Positions 39,868 through 51,061 of a stretch of 64,000 nt of DNA are shown in pieces (within the stretch, counting starts at the first letter, position 1; each line of letters begins with the position of its first letter). The DNA lies in assembly GCA_965206845.1 (NCBI GenBank), contig OZ242221.1, positions 864,001 to 928,000 on the forward strand. The letters run 5' to 3'. The position numbers and the translations under genes were made by a program. The stretch is from Cenarchaeum sp. (GTDB taxonomy: Archaea > Thermoproteota > Nitrososphaeria > Nitrososphaerales > Nitrosopumilaceae). The notes beneath the pieces were generated by a model. It was not told the DNA's origin. It searched no databases and worked only from the letters and a program-made list of their open reading frames with translations.

Positions 39868-41592
39868 CAGTTAACCCAAAAGTTAGGTTAACCTAATGCC
39901 TGCAAATCAAGCAATGCCCGACAATCCCCCGTATTTTGGTAAAAACCACGTTCAACTAACATGGCAGACGATCCAGAACACCGTCATCTGTAACGGTAAT
40001 GCCGACGCGTACGGAATCAAAATCCGTACCGTGCATCCATGCCATGTTTGGAAAAACAAGGGACGCTCCACGCACGCTAAATTCGTGCCTGAACCAGAAA
40101 ATTTCCCCAGACGGCGAGAACGGATACCGACATTCCAAACGCGGTGGCACGGGTCTTGCAGCATCATGTTGCCCGAAAGGGATTGCGGCCAGGCGCGTCA
40201 CGCGCGGGATCCGCTGCTCAGTACAGAGGCAGATAGTCTGGATCCGGCGATTCTCCGGGATCGGGCCCGTGCCGGGCAAGTACAAATGTCAGGTTGACCT
40301 TCAGCTGCGTCTGCGTCATGCGCCGCTTGCCTGCCCCGGCCTGTTTGGACGTGACTGACAGCAGCATGTTTATCGCCACCCATGCATTGAACATCACCAC
40401 CGAATACAGGAAGCAGAATATGCGGGCCGCGGTGTGCTTGCTGCACGTCTTTGCCCTCATGTTCTCTATCATGCGGTAGCCCGTCTCTATGCCCCACCTT
40501 TTGGAATACAGTTCGGCATCTGCCTGCGGCATGTTGGTGGCAAACCCGATGAACTTTTCCTTCGGGGGCAGGTCTTCTGACTCTCCGCCCTTGCGGCTTT
40601 TCTTCTTTCTCTCGGTTATAATCATGGTGTATTTTACCGAGACGCCGTCGGCGTTAGTGATGTACATCTCGGAGACTGCAGGGCGAATGCCTGCGGCAAA
40701 CTCGTCGATGGCGCTTACCACGGGATCCGTGTTCTTGCACGGCACGATGTAGCCTGCATCCAGCTCGTCAAACATGGCAAAGACGTCTGCAGAAAAGAAT
40801 TCCCGGTCAAGCAGGACTGCCCTGACGTTGGCGCCTGCATGGCGACACTCCTCGACCAGACTGCGCACGGATCTTGGAACAAAACCAAACGCCCCCATGT
40901 GAATGGCTCCCAGCACCAGGCGCGGCCCGCCCTCGACGCACTGCGCGGTGGCGTACCGCTCGAATGTTCCCGTCCCGTTCTTTCTTTTTGAGCGTGTCAG
41001 GTCGCTGTCGCGCTTTTTGTCCCACCGCGGAATCAGGTGCATGTCAATGGCAATTACCATCCCGTCGCCGGACAGCTGTCCCAGACCACGTGCCACATCC
41101 ATCTGCAGGCGCACCGATCTGGCAAAACCGTCCATCAGATCGTTCTTGTCCGTCTTGGAAAGAACGCCATTGAACCATTCGTCAGTCGGGGAGGCGCGGT
41201 GGTTGGTCTGCGCCCCGACGATCCCCTCGATCCGGCCCCGCACGGCAGAGGCCACCGAGCCGACCGAGGAGCCAAGCGTCACTGCCCACAGCATGCCACG
41301 GTTAAAGTCGTCCAGCCCGTATGTCGCGTTTGCCTTGTCAGATACCTTGATGCATGAGAGGATGTTCTCCTCTGCTGCCATTCGCGATGCTTCGTCGCGC
41401 ATTTTGGGGTTGTTCATCAGGTCCCGGCCCATGATGTTTGGCATGATGACTTGTTGTAAAAGATGTCTTTATGGTACGGTGCCATGCATTGCGCGAGATT
41501 GTGTAAAAAATTGCGCATGTGCAGGGTGCCGACGAGCCGCAAAAGGATTGGTCAATCAATGCATTAGAGCAGCCTAACTTTTGGGTTAACTG
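39868..41592 (-). mobile_element. complete ISH3-family element
   Basis: Perfect 20-bp TIR CAGTTAACCCAAAAGTTAGG (39868-39887 and 41573-41592); 5-bp TSD GTATG on both sides. Confidence 0.92.
40218..41444 (-). CDS. ISH3-family DDE transposase
   Basis: IAIDMH, LLDREF and YSKRWGIETGYR motifs. Confidence 0.9.
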   Translation of the reverse strand: MPNIMGRDLMNNPKMRDEASRMAAEENILSCIKVSDKANATYGLDDFNRGMLWAVTLGSSVGSVASAVRGRIEGIVGAQTNHRASPTDEWFNGVLSKTDKNDLMDGFARSVRLQMDVARGLGQLSGDGMVIAIDMHLIPRWDKKRDSDLTRSKRKNGTGTFERYATAQCVEGGPRLVLGAIHMGAFGFVPRSVRSLVEECRHAGANVRAVLLDREFFSADVFAMFDELDAGYIVPCKNTDPVVSAIDEFAAGIRPAVSEMYITNADGVSVKYTMIITERKKKSRKGGESEDLPPKEKFIGFATNMPQADAELYSKRWGIETGYRMIENMRAKTCSKHTAARIFCFLYSVVMFNAWVAINMLLSVTSKQAGAGKRRMTQTQLKVNLTFVLARHGPDPGESPDPDYLPLY

Positions 41593-41993
41593 GTATGTAA
41601 TCGGCCGGCGGCAACAGTTGCGGGGTTTCCCCGTTGTTCCCTCCGACATATCCTAGAACTTACCACCACGCCGTAGAGAACCCGACACGGACGGCAGCGG
41701 GTGCGCCAACCCGGCTCGTGTCCGGCTCCGCCGCCCACAGCATCTGCCGGCCCGGCATGGTGCCATGGTTTGCCACGCTCGGCGCGGCCGGACGGGCCTT
41801 TCGGCATGCGCAGAATGGCGCCGGACCCCAAGGGCCATGACGGTGGTGCCAAGCCCGGATCTCGTGCAGCCGGAGGGGTACGGGGTTGTAAAGGCGGCCA
41901 TGCCATGCTGTATTCTCTTCGAGCAGGAAGCCGAAGCCAGGGTCGGGCAAGCCGAGTAGTATGTTTTTATAGTTTTTTTATTGATGAACAGGT

Positions 41994-42188
41994 GTGATAA
42001 TCAAACTAGAGTGCCAGGACTATGGTTTTGAGTGTGATTTTGTTCTGCAAGAAGAAAAGACCTTCACCATGATCAAGCAGCTAAGGGAACACTTTGAGGA
42101 GGAACACGGCATCGACTACTCTGTTGATGCGGTGATCCAGATGATTGTAAATCGGGGCCATTCCCGAGACTCGATCACGAAGGATTAG
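41994..42188 (+). CDS. DUF1059-family small metal-binding protein
   Basis: LECQDYGFECDF...EHFEEEHG. Confidence 0.8.
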   Translation: MIIKLECQDYGFECDFVLQEEKTFTMIKQLREHFEEEHGIDYSVDAVIQMIVNRGHSRDSITKD

Positions 42189-42500
42189 ACACGCGAGTCT
42201 CGCTTCACGTTCCGCACGCTGGCGCTGCCGGAAACCCGTTCCTGTTGCAAGTCCGGCATTTTATGGAATGATGCACGCGGCCAGTGTCGCAATCCATGCG
42301 ACGAATCCGGAACTGTGAAACATGGTGGCAGGGGCTGGCCTTCGTGTCACAGAGTGCGGTGGTGCACGCTGTGGGCTTCTTGGCCGGATCGTATACCAGA
42401 TCGCCACGCCGGCTGCATTGGCCGTCGCTAGCTCAGATACCCCGCTCTCGGTTCGGCCATCACAGGACTTTTATTTTCCCGGTACGCCACGTACTGTACA

Positions 42501-43019
42501 ATGAAGATGTCTGCAAAGATGAAGAAGATGCTAAACGACCAGATAGGCATGGAGGGTTACGCTTCGAGCTATTACCTCTCGATGGCGTCGTGGTGCGACA
42601 CCATGGGCTACGAGGGAGCGACCAGCTTCTTTTATGCCCAATCCGACGAGGAGAGACAGCACATGCTGAAGATCGTCTTACACCTGAACAGCATAGGGGC
42701 CGCCGTGACGATTCCAGCGATAAAACAGCCCCCCAAGGACTACAAGTCTCTAGAAGACCTGTGCAAGGCCGCGCTGGGAAACGAGCAGGCTGTCACGGTA
42801 GCGTTTGCCAGAATGGCCGAGTACGCCCAGAAGGAGGGGGACTACAGCACCTTTGCGTTCCTGCAGTGGTATGTGAACGAGCAGGTGCAAGAAGAGACGA
42901 AGTTGGAGACAATACTGCAAAAGTTTGAGCTGGTCGGCAGGGACAAGCTGGCTCTGGTGGAGATCGACCGGATAATAGGCTCCATGGCCACTAAGAGCAA
43001 CAAAGCTGATGCGACCTAG
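42501..43019 (+). CDS. ftnA: non-heme ferritin
   Basis: LNDQIGME, QSDEERQH and FLQWYVNEQVQEE ferroxidase residues. Confidence 0.93.
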   Translation: MKMSAKMKKMLNDQIGMEGYASSYYLSMASWCDTMGYEGATSFFYAQSDEERQHMLKIVLHLNSIGAAVTIPAIKQPPKDYKSLEDLCKAALGNEQAVTVAFARMAEYAQKEGDYSTFAFLQWYVNEQVQEETKLETILQKFELVGRDKLALVEIDRIIGSMATKSNKADAT

Positions 43020-43087
43020 ATTTTGTTTGTGCTTTTTTTTAATTTTCAATGCCCTCCATACGGAGTGGGCAGCATGTTTTGAGAGAA

Positions 43088-43306
43088 TTATTTGAAAAAG
43101 TCGTATTCCTGGCGTTTCTTCTGTTTTGGCAGGTCGTTCATTACTGCCCGTACCACTTCTGGATGGGCATAAGTCAGGTGCCTCAGAAACTTTGCCGATT
43201 CGTCCTTTCGCGTGCCTTCGTCAGCGAAGAGTATTTGTGGGTTGGAGAGTGCGTCCATGATCGTGGTACACTCGTCACATGGTTCAAAGTCAAGATAGAG
43301 CTTCAT
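43088..43306 (-). CDS. small hypothetical protein, co-oriented with cdc48
   Basis: 72 aa with CxxC and HxxxxH; starts 3 nt after the cdc48 stop. Confidence 0.75.
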   Translation of the reverse strand: MKLYLDFEPCDECTTIMDALSNPQILFADEGTRKDESAKFLRHLTYAHPEVVRAVMNDLPKQKKRQEYDFFK

Positions 43307-43309
43307 TCC

Positions 43310-45520
43310 TCACACATGATGGCCAGAATGAGTCTTTATACCTTCAGGATCGGACTTCGCGTCTGTCCGGGCCGGGGGAGCCGTGGACGCGGAATACAGA
43401 CCCGAAGCATGCCTTGCCGGTCTCCTCACCTTTTTGATGGCACCCTCCAGATCCTGCTGGGCAATAATGATCTCACTCACGTTCGAAGACCCGGATGCAA
43501 TGTGGCGCCGCAACACATCCTTGGCTGCCCTGTCTGCAACCGCGGCAAGCTCGGCACCACTCAGTCCGCCTGTTAGTTCGGCAAGTTTTGCCATATCCAC
43601 GTCGCCTGCCAGCGGCTTCTTTTTGGCGTGTATCCTTAGGATCTGCTCCCTTGCCACCGCATCCGGATTCGGAACCTCCACGATGTAGTCAAACCGCCCT
43701 GGGCGCAGCATCGCCTCGTCCACAATATCCAACCTGTTTGTTGCGCCGATGATCAGTACGCCGTGCAGTTCTTCCAGACCGTCAATCTCGGTCAGTATTT
43801 GGGACACCACATTCTCGGTCACATGGGACGAGTCGCCGCCGCCTCTTCTTGGAGCCAAGGCATCAATCTCGTCAAAGAAGATTATGCACGGGGCCGCTTG
43901 GCGGGCCTTTCTGAATATCTCCCTCACCCCCTTTTCAGACTCGCCGACCCATTTTGAGAGCAATTCGGGGCCCTTTATGTTGATAAAGTTGGACTCGGTC
44001 GTCTTTGCCAGAGCCTTTGCGATAAGGGTCTTTCCCGTTCCCGGCGGGCCGTAAAGCAGAATTCCTTTGGGGGCCCTGACCCCGGCATGTTCACAGGCAT
44101 CCCTATACTGCAGCGGCCACTCTACAGCCTCCCTGAGCTCCTCCTTTGCCTCCCCCAGCCCGCCCACATCGTTCCAGGACACATCGGGTATCTGAACCAA
44201 CACCTCGCGAAGGGCGGAGGGTTTTATCTCCCTCAGCGCGCTCCCAAAGTCATCATGTCCCACCTTGATCTTCTGCAGCGCACTGCCGGAGATCTTGTCC
44301 TGGTCAAGATCAATCTCTGGCAGGACCCTTCTGAGCGATCTCATGGCGGCCTCTCGGGAGAGCGCCGCCAGATCCGCGCCCACAAAACCGTGCGTGATCC
44401 TTGCTATCTGCCGCAGATCTACCCCATCCCCCAGTGGCATTCCACGTGTGTGAATGTTCAAAATCTCAAGCCTTCCGCCCTCGTCGGGAATTCCTATCTC
44501 AATCTCCCTGTCAAACCGCCCCGGCCTTCTCAGCGCGGGATCAATGGAGTCGGGCCTGTTGGTGGCGGCGATCACTACCACCTTTCCTCTGTCCTTTATC
44601 CCGTCCATCAGTGCGAGAAGTTGTGAGACGACTCTCTTCTCTACCTCGCCGGTGACCTCCTCTCTTCTGGGCGCAATGGAGTCGATCTCGTCTATGAAGA
44701 TTATGCTGGGCGCATGCTCTTCTGCCTGCCTGAATATCTCCCGAATGCGCTCCTCGCTCTCGCCGTAGTGTCTGCCCATGATCTCCGGACCGCTAAGGGA
44801 AGTAAAGTGGGCGCTAGTCTCGCCCGCCAGCGCCTTTGCGATAAGTGTCTTTCCCGTCCCCGGCGGACCGTAAAGCAACACGCCCTTGGGCGCCTCGATG
44901 CCGATCTGCTCAAACAGCTCCGGATGTCTCATGGGGAGCTCGACCGTCTCACGGATCTTCTGCACCTCGTTCTTCAGGCCGCCCAGCTCGTCATACGTTA
45001 TCCTTGGAACGTATGGGTTTACGGCCTTGGTCATACTTCCCAGTTTGAAGATTGTCCTTTCGGTAACGATGGCCGGTTTTGCGGGCTTGGTGCCGGTTAC
45101 AAAAAACTGGGCCCGGCCGCCCAACCTGGTGCCTGCCGTTATCGAGTCGCCTGTTGTAAAGACATGGTTGGCGTAATTGCGCAGCATGTACTCCTGCAGG
45201 CCATCTACCGTGATGTTCTCGGTGGGCGACAGCACGATCTGCTCTGCGTCGACGGCCTCCACCGCCCTGACGCTGATCTTGTCGCCAATCCCCGCGCCGA
45301 TGTTATATCTGGTAACTCCGTCGATGCTGATGCCGTCCGTGTCGTGCTCCTTTGAAGACCCGGGCCACAGTTTTACGTGCGTCTTTTTGTTGTAGACGAG
45401 CTCGAGGATCTGGCCGGCGGCCCAGCCGTATCGGCGGATAACACCGGGGTGCAGAACGGCCACGCCATTTCCAACATGCTGCTGGGCGGCCTCCTTAACC
45501 TTTAGCTCAGTTTTGCTCAT
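43310..45520 (-). CDS. cdc48: CDC48/VCP family AAA ATPase
   Basis: N-domain and two AAA modules ([24 protein letters not shown]). Confidence 0.95.
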   Translation of the reverse strand: MSKTELKVKEAAQQHVGNGVAVLHPGVIRRYGWAAGQILELVYNKKTHVKLWPGSSKEHDTDGISIDGVTRYNIGAGIGDKISVRAVEAVDAEQIVLSPTENITVDGLQEYMLRNYANHVFTTGDSITAGTRLGGRAQFFVTGTKPAKPAIVTERTIFKLGSMTKAVNPYVPRITYDELGGLKNEVQKIRETVELPMRHPELFEQIGIEAPKGVLLYGPPGTGKTLIAKALAGETSAHFTSLSGPEIMGRHYGESEERIREIFRQAEEHAPSIIFIDEIDSIAPRREEVTGEVEKRVVSQLLALMDGIKDRGKVVVIAATNRPDSIDPALRRPGRFDREIEIGIPDEGGRLEILNIHTRGMPLGDGVDLRQIARITHGFVGADLAALSREAAMRSLRRVLPEIDLDQDKISGSALQKIKVGHDDFGSALREIKPSALREVLVQIPDVSWNDVGGLGEAKEELREAVEWPLQYRDACEHAGVRAPKGILLYGPPGTGKTLIAKALAKTTESNFINIKGPELLSKWVGESEKGVREIFRKARQAAPCIIFFDEIDALAPRRGGGDSSHVTENVVSQILTEIDGLEELHGVLIIGATNRLDIVDEAMLRPGRFDYIVEVPNPDAVAREQILRIHAKKKPLAGDVDMAKLAELTGGLSGAELAAVADRAAKDVLRRHIASGSSNVSEIIIAQQDLEGAIKKVRRPARHASGLYSASTAPPARTDAKSDPEGIKTHSGHHV

Positions 45521-45550
45521 AACACATCACCATAAAAAAGGGCAGGGAGG

Positions 45551-46042
45551 TTACTCTACCTCCACCATTCTGCCTTTGGGTTTTTCCGGCCCGAGCTGCT
45601 TGAAGGTCAGCTCAAGAATGCCGTTTTTGTAGCTGGCTTTTGCCGAGCTGGTGTCAATTCTGGGCTTTAGCGGCACCGCGGCGTGGTATTTCTTCTTGCC
45701 ACGCTCTGCGTCTATGTTCACGGTCTTGCTCTCCACCCTGATCTTGACGTCGGACTTCTCAACGCCGGGCATCTCAGCCACCATCTTTACCAGCTTTTGA
45801 CCATCGTCCACGATGGTCTCAACCGAGAGGTTCTGGGAGTCGACGGCGTGCACCTGCTCTGGCCTGATGTTTCCATACTCCCTTGCCACGGGCCTGCCAT
45901 CGGGTCCAACGGACACTGTGTAGCCGTAATAAAACGGCCCCAAGGTGTCGCTCGTCCTTTCGACCTCGTCAAACACAGAGTCCGTGTCCGTCAGGAGTCG
46001 GGCCATGTGTCTGAAGCGTCGATCTATCTCGTTGTTGTACAT
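45551..46042 (-). CDS. hsp20: archaeal small heat shock protein
   Basis: YYGYTVSVGPDGRP, AEMPGVEK and ASYKNGILE motifs. Confidence 0.93.
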   Translation of the reverse strand: MYNNEIDRRFRHMARLLTDTDSVFDEVERTSDTLGPFYYGYTVSVGPDGRPVAREYGNIRPEQVHAVDSQNLSVETIVDDGQKLVKMVAEMPGVEKSDVKIRVESKTVNIDAERGKKKYHAAVPLKPRIDTSSAKASYKNGILELTFKQLGPEKPKGRMVEVE

Positions 46043-46149
46043 GTCATATTCACCTATGTAATGTAATGTATATTACACTATATATACATTTTGTCATAAT
46101 GTACTGCTTATTACATAATGTTATTATTACTGATGTGTGTTATGCCTGT

Positions 46150-46803
46150 ATGAGAGCCTCGGTGCCCGCTGTGGTTCGGGAGATAGTAACCCGGAACAGA
46201 TCGATTCATGACTGCATGCGGATGAATGTCATAAATTACACCGCCTTGGCCATGAAGATCCGGCCAGAGGTAGAGAGACTACTGGGGAGTCCGGTAAACC
46301 TGAACACAATAGTGGTAGCCATCAAGAGACAGGCGGACTCCTTTGGGCAAGCGGAGGATGTGCGGGAAGGCACGGTCCTGAAGAACGCTAGGCTGTCCCT
46401 GATCGACGGCATCGTGGATGTCAGAATACCTGCTGGCGACTTTGAACCAGAGGCTGCCGCCCTGCTGTTTGACAGGTTCTCCCGTAGCCCCCAGGATTAT
46501 GATCTGTTTAGGATGGCAGGCACCATTAGGGTGCTGGCGGAGGATGCCGGGGATATAAGGAGTATGTTCGGGTCGCTTTTGGGGGATTTTGAACCGTCCA
46601 GCTCCGGGCTTGTCAAGATCAAGATAACTGCCCCTGAATACAGAAACAGGTCTGATGTGGTCTCGTATGTGGTCGAGACCCTCCATTACAACGGCATCGA
46701 GCTGGTCAACGTCTCGTTTGACCGGGGCAACGTAGTTCTGATCCTAAACGAGGACGATGCGCCAAAGGCGTATGAGGTTCTACGCTCCAAGACATCCGTC
46801 TAA
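46150..46803 (+). CDS. conserved archaeal protein with N-terminal helical domain and C-terminal ACT-like domain
   Basis: VINYTALA...VAIKR N-terminal motif; LHYNGIEL...LILNEDDAPKAYEVL ACT-like end. Confidence 0.75.
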   Translation: MRASVPAVVREIVTRNRSIHDCMRMNVINYTALAMKIRPEVERLLGSPVNLNTIVVAIKRQADSFGQAEDVREGTVLKNARLSLIDGIVDVRIPAGDFEPEAAALLFDRFSRSPQDYDLFRMAGTIRVLAEDAGDIRSMFGSLLGDFEPSSSGLVKIKITAPEYRNRSDVVSYVVETLHYNGIELVNVSFDRGNVVLILNEDDAPKAYEVLRSKTSV

Positions 46804-47379
46804 GACACGTGTCAGGCCGCATGTCATGCCGTGTATAGAGGGAGACGGAACGCGATGCAAAAAACACCTCATCCCGCTGGTAGCAAAGGTGTCCGGAACC
46901 ATGGCCTTGTGTCGAAGGTGGGGAGGTGCGCCGGACTTTGGGGGATCGCGAGTCTGATAGTCTGGCGCGCACCGAGCATCCTCGGATCAGCCGCCGACCG
47001 AAGAGATGCCGGGGGGTTTGGCGCGCGGGAGACCTGCATGTCTGTCCGTGCAGCAGCACAACTGCCGCCGGGCCGCGCGCACGGCCCAACAGACAAGAAC
47101 TTCCAAGGTGCATCTGCTCAAACGGCTCTGGGTGCTAGATCACGTCTTCCTTCAGGCACTAAAAACACGCACCCGAAAGAACCTTCACGGCAGTCCGGCG
47201 TAGCAGGCAGCCTTGTGCACCTTCAAAGGCGAAACTATTATTGGCTGGCAGACGGAGGAAAACGTCATGCAATATGAGCGGAGAGTTGTTTTTGGGAACC
47301 GGCTGCCAGTCGTGACTGGCCCCGTGGTCGGTATGCGCCCCCCAGCCGAGCCGGGACGCCTGAGCCGGGGTCGTTGCAG

Positions 47380-48720
47380 ATGACGGAGAGGAAGAAAAAG
47401 ATCCTGGTTCTGGGTGGGGGATTTGCCGGGGTTGAGTGCGCCAGAAGGCTGGAGTCATACTTTGGCGATGACCCGGATATCGAGCTAACCTTGGTGTCAG
47501 AGTCCAATTTTTTGCTGTTCACGCCGATGCTGCCACAGGTGGCCTCTGGCATGATCGAGACTAGGCACATCGTGATACCCATCCGCGGCATCTGCAAGAA
47601 GACCATATTTTATGAGGAACGGGTAAAGAACATAGATCCCTACGGCAAGGTTGTAACCCTCTGGGGCACCCAGAGCAAGAGAAGCATCAGCATCAGTTAT
47701 GACTTTCTGGTTATTGCCCTAGGAAGCGAGACCAACTTTTTTGGTTTGGGGGATGTGAAACGTAATGCGTATACCATGAAGACGCTAGACGACGCCGTCC
47801 TGTTGCGCAACCAGATAATAGACATGCTAGAGCATGCGGAGAACGAGTCCGACCCCATCCTACGGAGGAAGCTGCTCACGTTTGTGGTGGTGGGTGGTGG
47901 TTTTGCCGGGATCGAGACGGCAGGTGAATTGCTGGATCTCCTAGTGGACGCAAAGAAGCACTACCCCCACATTAACAGGGATGATGTTCGGGTGGTGGTC
48001 TTGGAGGCGGGACCCGCGATACTGCCCGGATTTAGCAAAAAGCTGGTAGAGTTTGCGCATGAGAAGCTCAAGAACGGGGGGATTGAGATTATGCTGTCGG
48101 CCGCGGTTACCGGTTTTGACGGCGATGAGGTCACTGTCAAAAACTTTCAGACCAACAAGCCCTGGGATCGGGGAATAATATCAAAGACGCTGATCTGGAC
48201 CGCCGGGGTAACGCCGCCCAACACGATAAAGCGCTCGTTGTTCAAGACGGTGGGGGGCAAGATAGCCGTCGACGATTTTCTTGGGGTGCCTGGCTATCCG
48301 GGGGTCTTTGCCGTTGGGGACTGTGCCATGTTTGTGGAACCTAGCACCGGGAAGCCCCTTGCCCCCACTGCGCAGGCCGCAGAGGCGCAGGCAAGGGTTG
48401 CAGCATACAACCTGCACTCACTAATACGAAACAGGGCAAAGCGAAGGTTTGTGTTCCGTGGGAAGGGCCAGATGGCGATCATAGGAAAACGGACCGGAGT
48501 CGCAACCATTTTTGGCATCAACATGTCTGGTTTCCTAGCGTGGTTCCTGTGGAGAAACGTCTATCTCTCAAAGATTCCCAATCTGGAGAAGCGTGTCAGG
48601 GTTCTGCTTGACTGGACCATAGACCTGTTTTTTGACAGAGACATCTCCCGATTGCGGACGTTTAAGACGCGGGTCGAGAAGGAGTATCAGAGCTTGGATG
48701 CGGTGGATGATGTGTGGTAG
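47380..48720 (+). CDS. type II NADH dehydrogenase-like FAD oxidoreductase
   Basis: Two GGGFAG Rossmann motifs, FTPMLP, WTAG, GDCA and AQAA. Confidence 0.9.
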   Translation: MTERKKKILVLGGGFAGVECARRLESYFGDDPDIELTLVSESNFLLFTPMLPQVASGMIETRHIVIPIRGICKKTIFYEERVKNIDPYGKVVTLWGTQSKRSISISYDFLVIALGSETNFFGLGDVKRNAYTMKTLDDAVLLRNQIIDMLEHAENESDPILRRKLLTFVVVGGGFAGIETAGELLDLLVDAKKHYPHINRDDVRVVVLEAGPAILPGFSKKLVEFAHEKLKNGGIEIMLSAAVTGFDGDEVTVKNFQTNKPWDRGIISKTLIWTAGVTPPNTIKRSLFKTVGGKIAVDDFLGVPGYPGVFAVGDCAMFVEPSTGKPLAPTAQAAEAQARVAAYNLHSLIRNRAKRRFVFRGKGQMAIIGKRTGVATIFGINMSGFLAWFLWRNVYLSKIPNLEKRVRVLLDWTIDLFFDRDISRLRTFKTRVEKEYQSLDAVDDVW

Positions 48721-50324
48721 CGTCTCCACTGGTAGATGACCGCCCCCGGAATGCCGGCGTACAGTCCTAGGCTCAGCAGTATGACGCCCATGCCGTATCC
48801 GAGCATCTCTGCCTCAGAGTTAATCTCTGCATGGTTTAACAGGGAGAGCGTCGATACCAGCGGCGTGATTGTAGCCCTGACTAGCTCCCGGAACGCGGGA
48901 TGCTCCCTCTCGAGATCTGCCACAGCAGGCGAGAACGAGTAGTACAGCTGGTTGAATCCGGTCATGAATGTCTGGCCCGTACCGGTCTGCAGCAGCACCT
49001 CGTCCCGGAGCTCCCTCAGTTGTTGAATCTGGGGAGCCATCTCGGTTCCAAAGGCGGCAGTCGCAATCAGGCAGCCGCCACCGCCCTCCGGGGCTTCAGC
49101 AACCGGTGTGCCGGGTTGGTCTGACCCCGAATCAGGCATGCTATCACCGGAGCCGTCTTCTCCAAAGGCGACCGTGTCTAGCAGCGCATCATACCTGTCT
49201 TCAAACTGACCAAAGGCCTGCGCATCGGCCGCGTATGTGATGACAAAGAATGTGTTCTCATTCAGAGTGGTGGTCTCCTTGAACTGCATGGTTGTTGTGG
49301 CGCCGGTGTTGGTTACAAAACTGCTCACCACGTTTCTTACATAGGCATCCCTCTCGCCCAGTGTAGTCGCGCCCTCAGATATTATCTCCATCCGGTTCCC
49401 CTCGACCAGTTGTTGAATAAGCTCATCCCCCCCTGCTACGAACTCATCCAGGGTTCTTCCGTCGGATGGCGATGTAACGAGGTGGATCGATGCCGGTACG
49501 GCCCCCGCTATAGGGCCTATGATCACCAGGTCTGGGGCGTCCGAACCCGTGCCCCAGCCGCTCTGTGCGTCCCAGCCTTCCGGTATGGTAAATGAGATGC
49601 CAAGCTCGTCGTTGCTGTATTCTGAGCTGGAGGTGGCAAGCACCGGTGTTGTATCCGTCGTCCTCCCCGGCTCTGACCACACCATAAGATCAGGCACGCT
49701 GGCGCGGTCTACAATCTCGACCGTCTCGATCTCCGTGTCCTGCCAGTTGATCGGCACTGTAGAGCCCGTGCCTCCCTGAAGCGAGGCCGGTGTGTCCATT
49801 GCCGCTATGGCGTCCAGCGTCACAAAACTCTCTTGTGTAGCAAGCCTGCCAAATACGGTATACGCCCCGTCAAGGAAGCTGGAGTCACTGTGCACTATGA
49901 AGAACTGGGATCCTGCGCTGTTGGGATCTGCGCTACGCGCCATGGACACAATGCCGCGATCGTGCCGTATGCTGTTGAACTCTGCGTTTATCGTGCCAGC
50001 AGGGCCGCCGGTGCCCCACCTCTGGACGGTCTCCTCACCTTCCCGGGTCAGCGGGTCGCCACCCTGAATCATAAATCCCTCGATTATGCGATGAAACACG
50101 GTTCCGTCATAAAAGCCGCTCCGGGACAGCTCCAGAAAGTTCCGGACATGTTCGGGCGCATCGTCCGGGAAGAACTCGATTACAATCTCGCCGGACTTTG
50201 TATGCAAGATTGCCACCGGCTCGCCGGACTCCGCGTCCGTCGCCAAGCCGGGGCTCTGCGCAAAGGAGGCAGGAACCAAGGTGACCACAATCAGGAGAAC
50301 GGCCGGGATCAGTGACTTTTTCAA
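48687..50324 (-). CDS. secreted cyclophilin with PsbP-like domain and CFI-box-CTERM anchor
   Basis: Signal peptide; FHRIIEGFMIQGGDP; ISFTIPEGW domain; GGGCLIATAAFG...LRELRD plus TM. Confidence 0.88.
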   Translation of the reverse strand: MKKSLIPAVLLIVVTLVPASFAQSPGLATDAESGEPVAILHTKSGEIVIEFFPDDAPEHVRNFLELSRSGFYDGTVFHRIIEGFMIQGGDPLTREGEETVQRWGTGGPAGTINAEFNSIRHDRGIVSMARSADPNSAGSQFFIVHSDSSFLDGAYTVFGRLATQESFVTLDAIAAMDTPASLQGGTGSTVPINWQDTEIETVEIVDRASVPDLMVWSEPGRTTDTTPVLATSSSEYSNDELGISFTIPEGWDAQSGWGTGSDAPDLVIIGPIAGAVPASIHLVTSPSDGRTLDEFVAGGDELIQQLVEGNRMEIISEGATTLGERDAYVRNVVSSFVTNTGATTTMQFKETTTLNENTFFVITYAADAQAFGQFEDRYDALLDTVAFGEDGSGDSMPDSGSDQPGTPVAEAPEGGGGCLIATAAFGTEMAPQIQQLRELRDEVLLQTGTGQTFMTGFNQLYYSFSPAVADLEREHPAFRELVRATITPLVSTLSLLNHAEINSEAEMLGYGMGVILLSLGLYAGIPGAVIYQWRRYHTSSTASKL

Positions 50325-50529
50325 TAATAGCCCGCCGCATTACTGGGATAAAAGCTGTTAGTAGCGGGAATCACATAAAACCGCACAAACCGCCGGCGCG
50401 AACAGATCCTCCGGCAGGTTCAACGGCACCGTGGGCACATGCCGGGTTTTGCATGACAACCCGGTGGGTGTGTACAGGTACACGTACGCATGCTCAGCCT
50501 TGAGCGGCCGCCCCTCCGTCACCTAGCTA

Positions 50530-50836
50530 TAGCGACACGCAAAAATTCGCGTAGGGTGTAAGCAGACCGTAAGACTTTGACGCGCTCAAAATCCGCTTAT
50601 GGAATCAAATCCTTCATAGAATACACTGTTTTTTTGACTATGGCGCCGATCGAAAGTTCCTGCAGAGTATATCGCTGGCTTCGATCACGTTTGTCTCAAA
50701 CATGGACACCAGCCATTGACAATTGCCGCCTAATCCGTTCCTAATCTTGACAGACATAACGTTCTGGTATGTGGCTTTGCAGGGAAGCCTAACTGAAATG
50801 ATTCGTGGATTCTGCAAGAACTTTTAGTCGGCGCTA
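50530..50836. mobile_element. probable IS630-type MITE
   Basis: Imperfect inverted ends CTATAGCGACACGCAAAAATTC and CTATAGCGCCGACTAAAAGTTC (reverse complement), TA on both flanks, non-coding interior. Confidence 0.55.
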
Positions 50837-51061
50837 TAGTTGTGATCGATTCTAGTAGGTGCTGGTTAATGCTCTGCACAAACTTATGCTCTTAGCTATA
50901 CATCAGCCGTCTGGGACACCAGCAACTACGCGCGCACGGCGCGCCGGAATCCGGCTGGATCTGAATGCCCGGGTAAGCAAACGCCGTGGCCGCTTCGTGC
51001 GTCCCAGCCATGCCAGTCGCGGCGCGTTCGTTTGTGGAAATTTAAAGCCGGCGCGCTGGAT

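Noticed and set aside
41600-41990. GC-rich spacer with short palindromes (similarly 46810-47370 and 6350-6560)
   Set aside because: No terminal repeats, RNA motifs or credible ORFs found by eye
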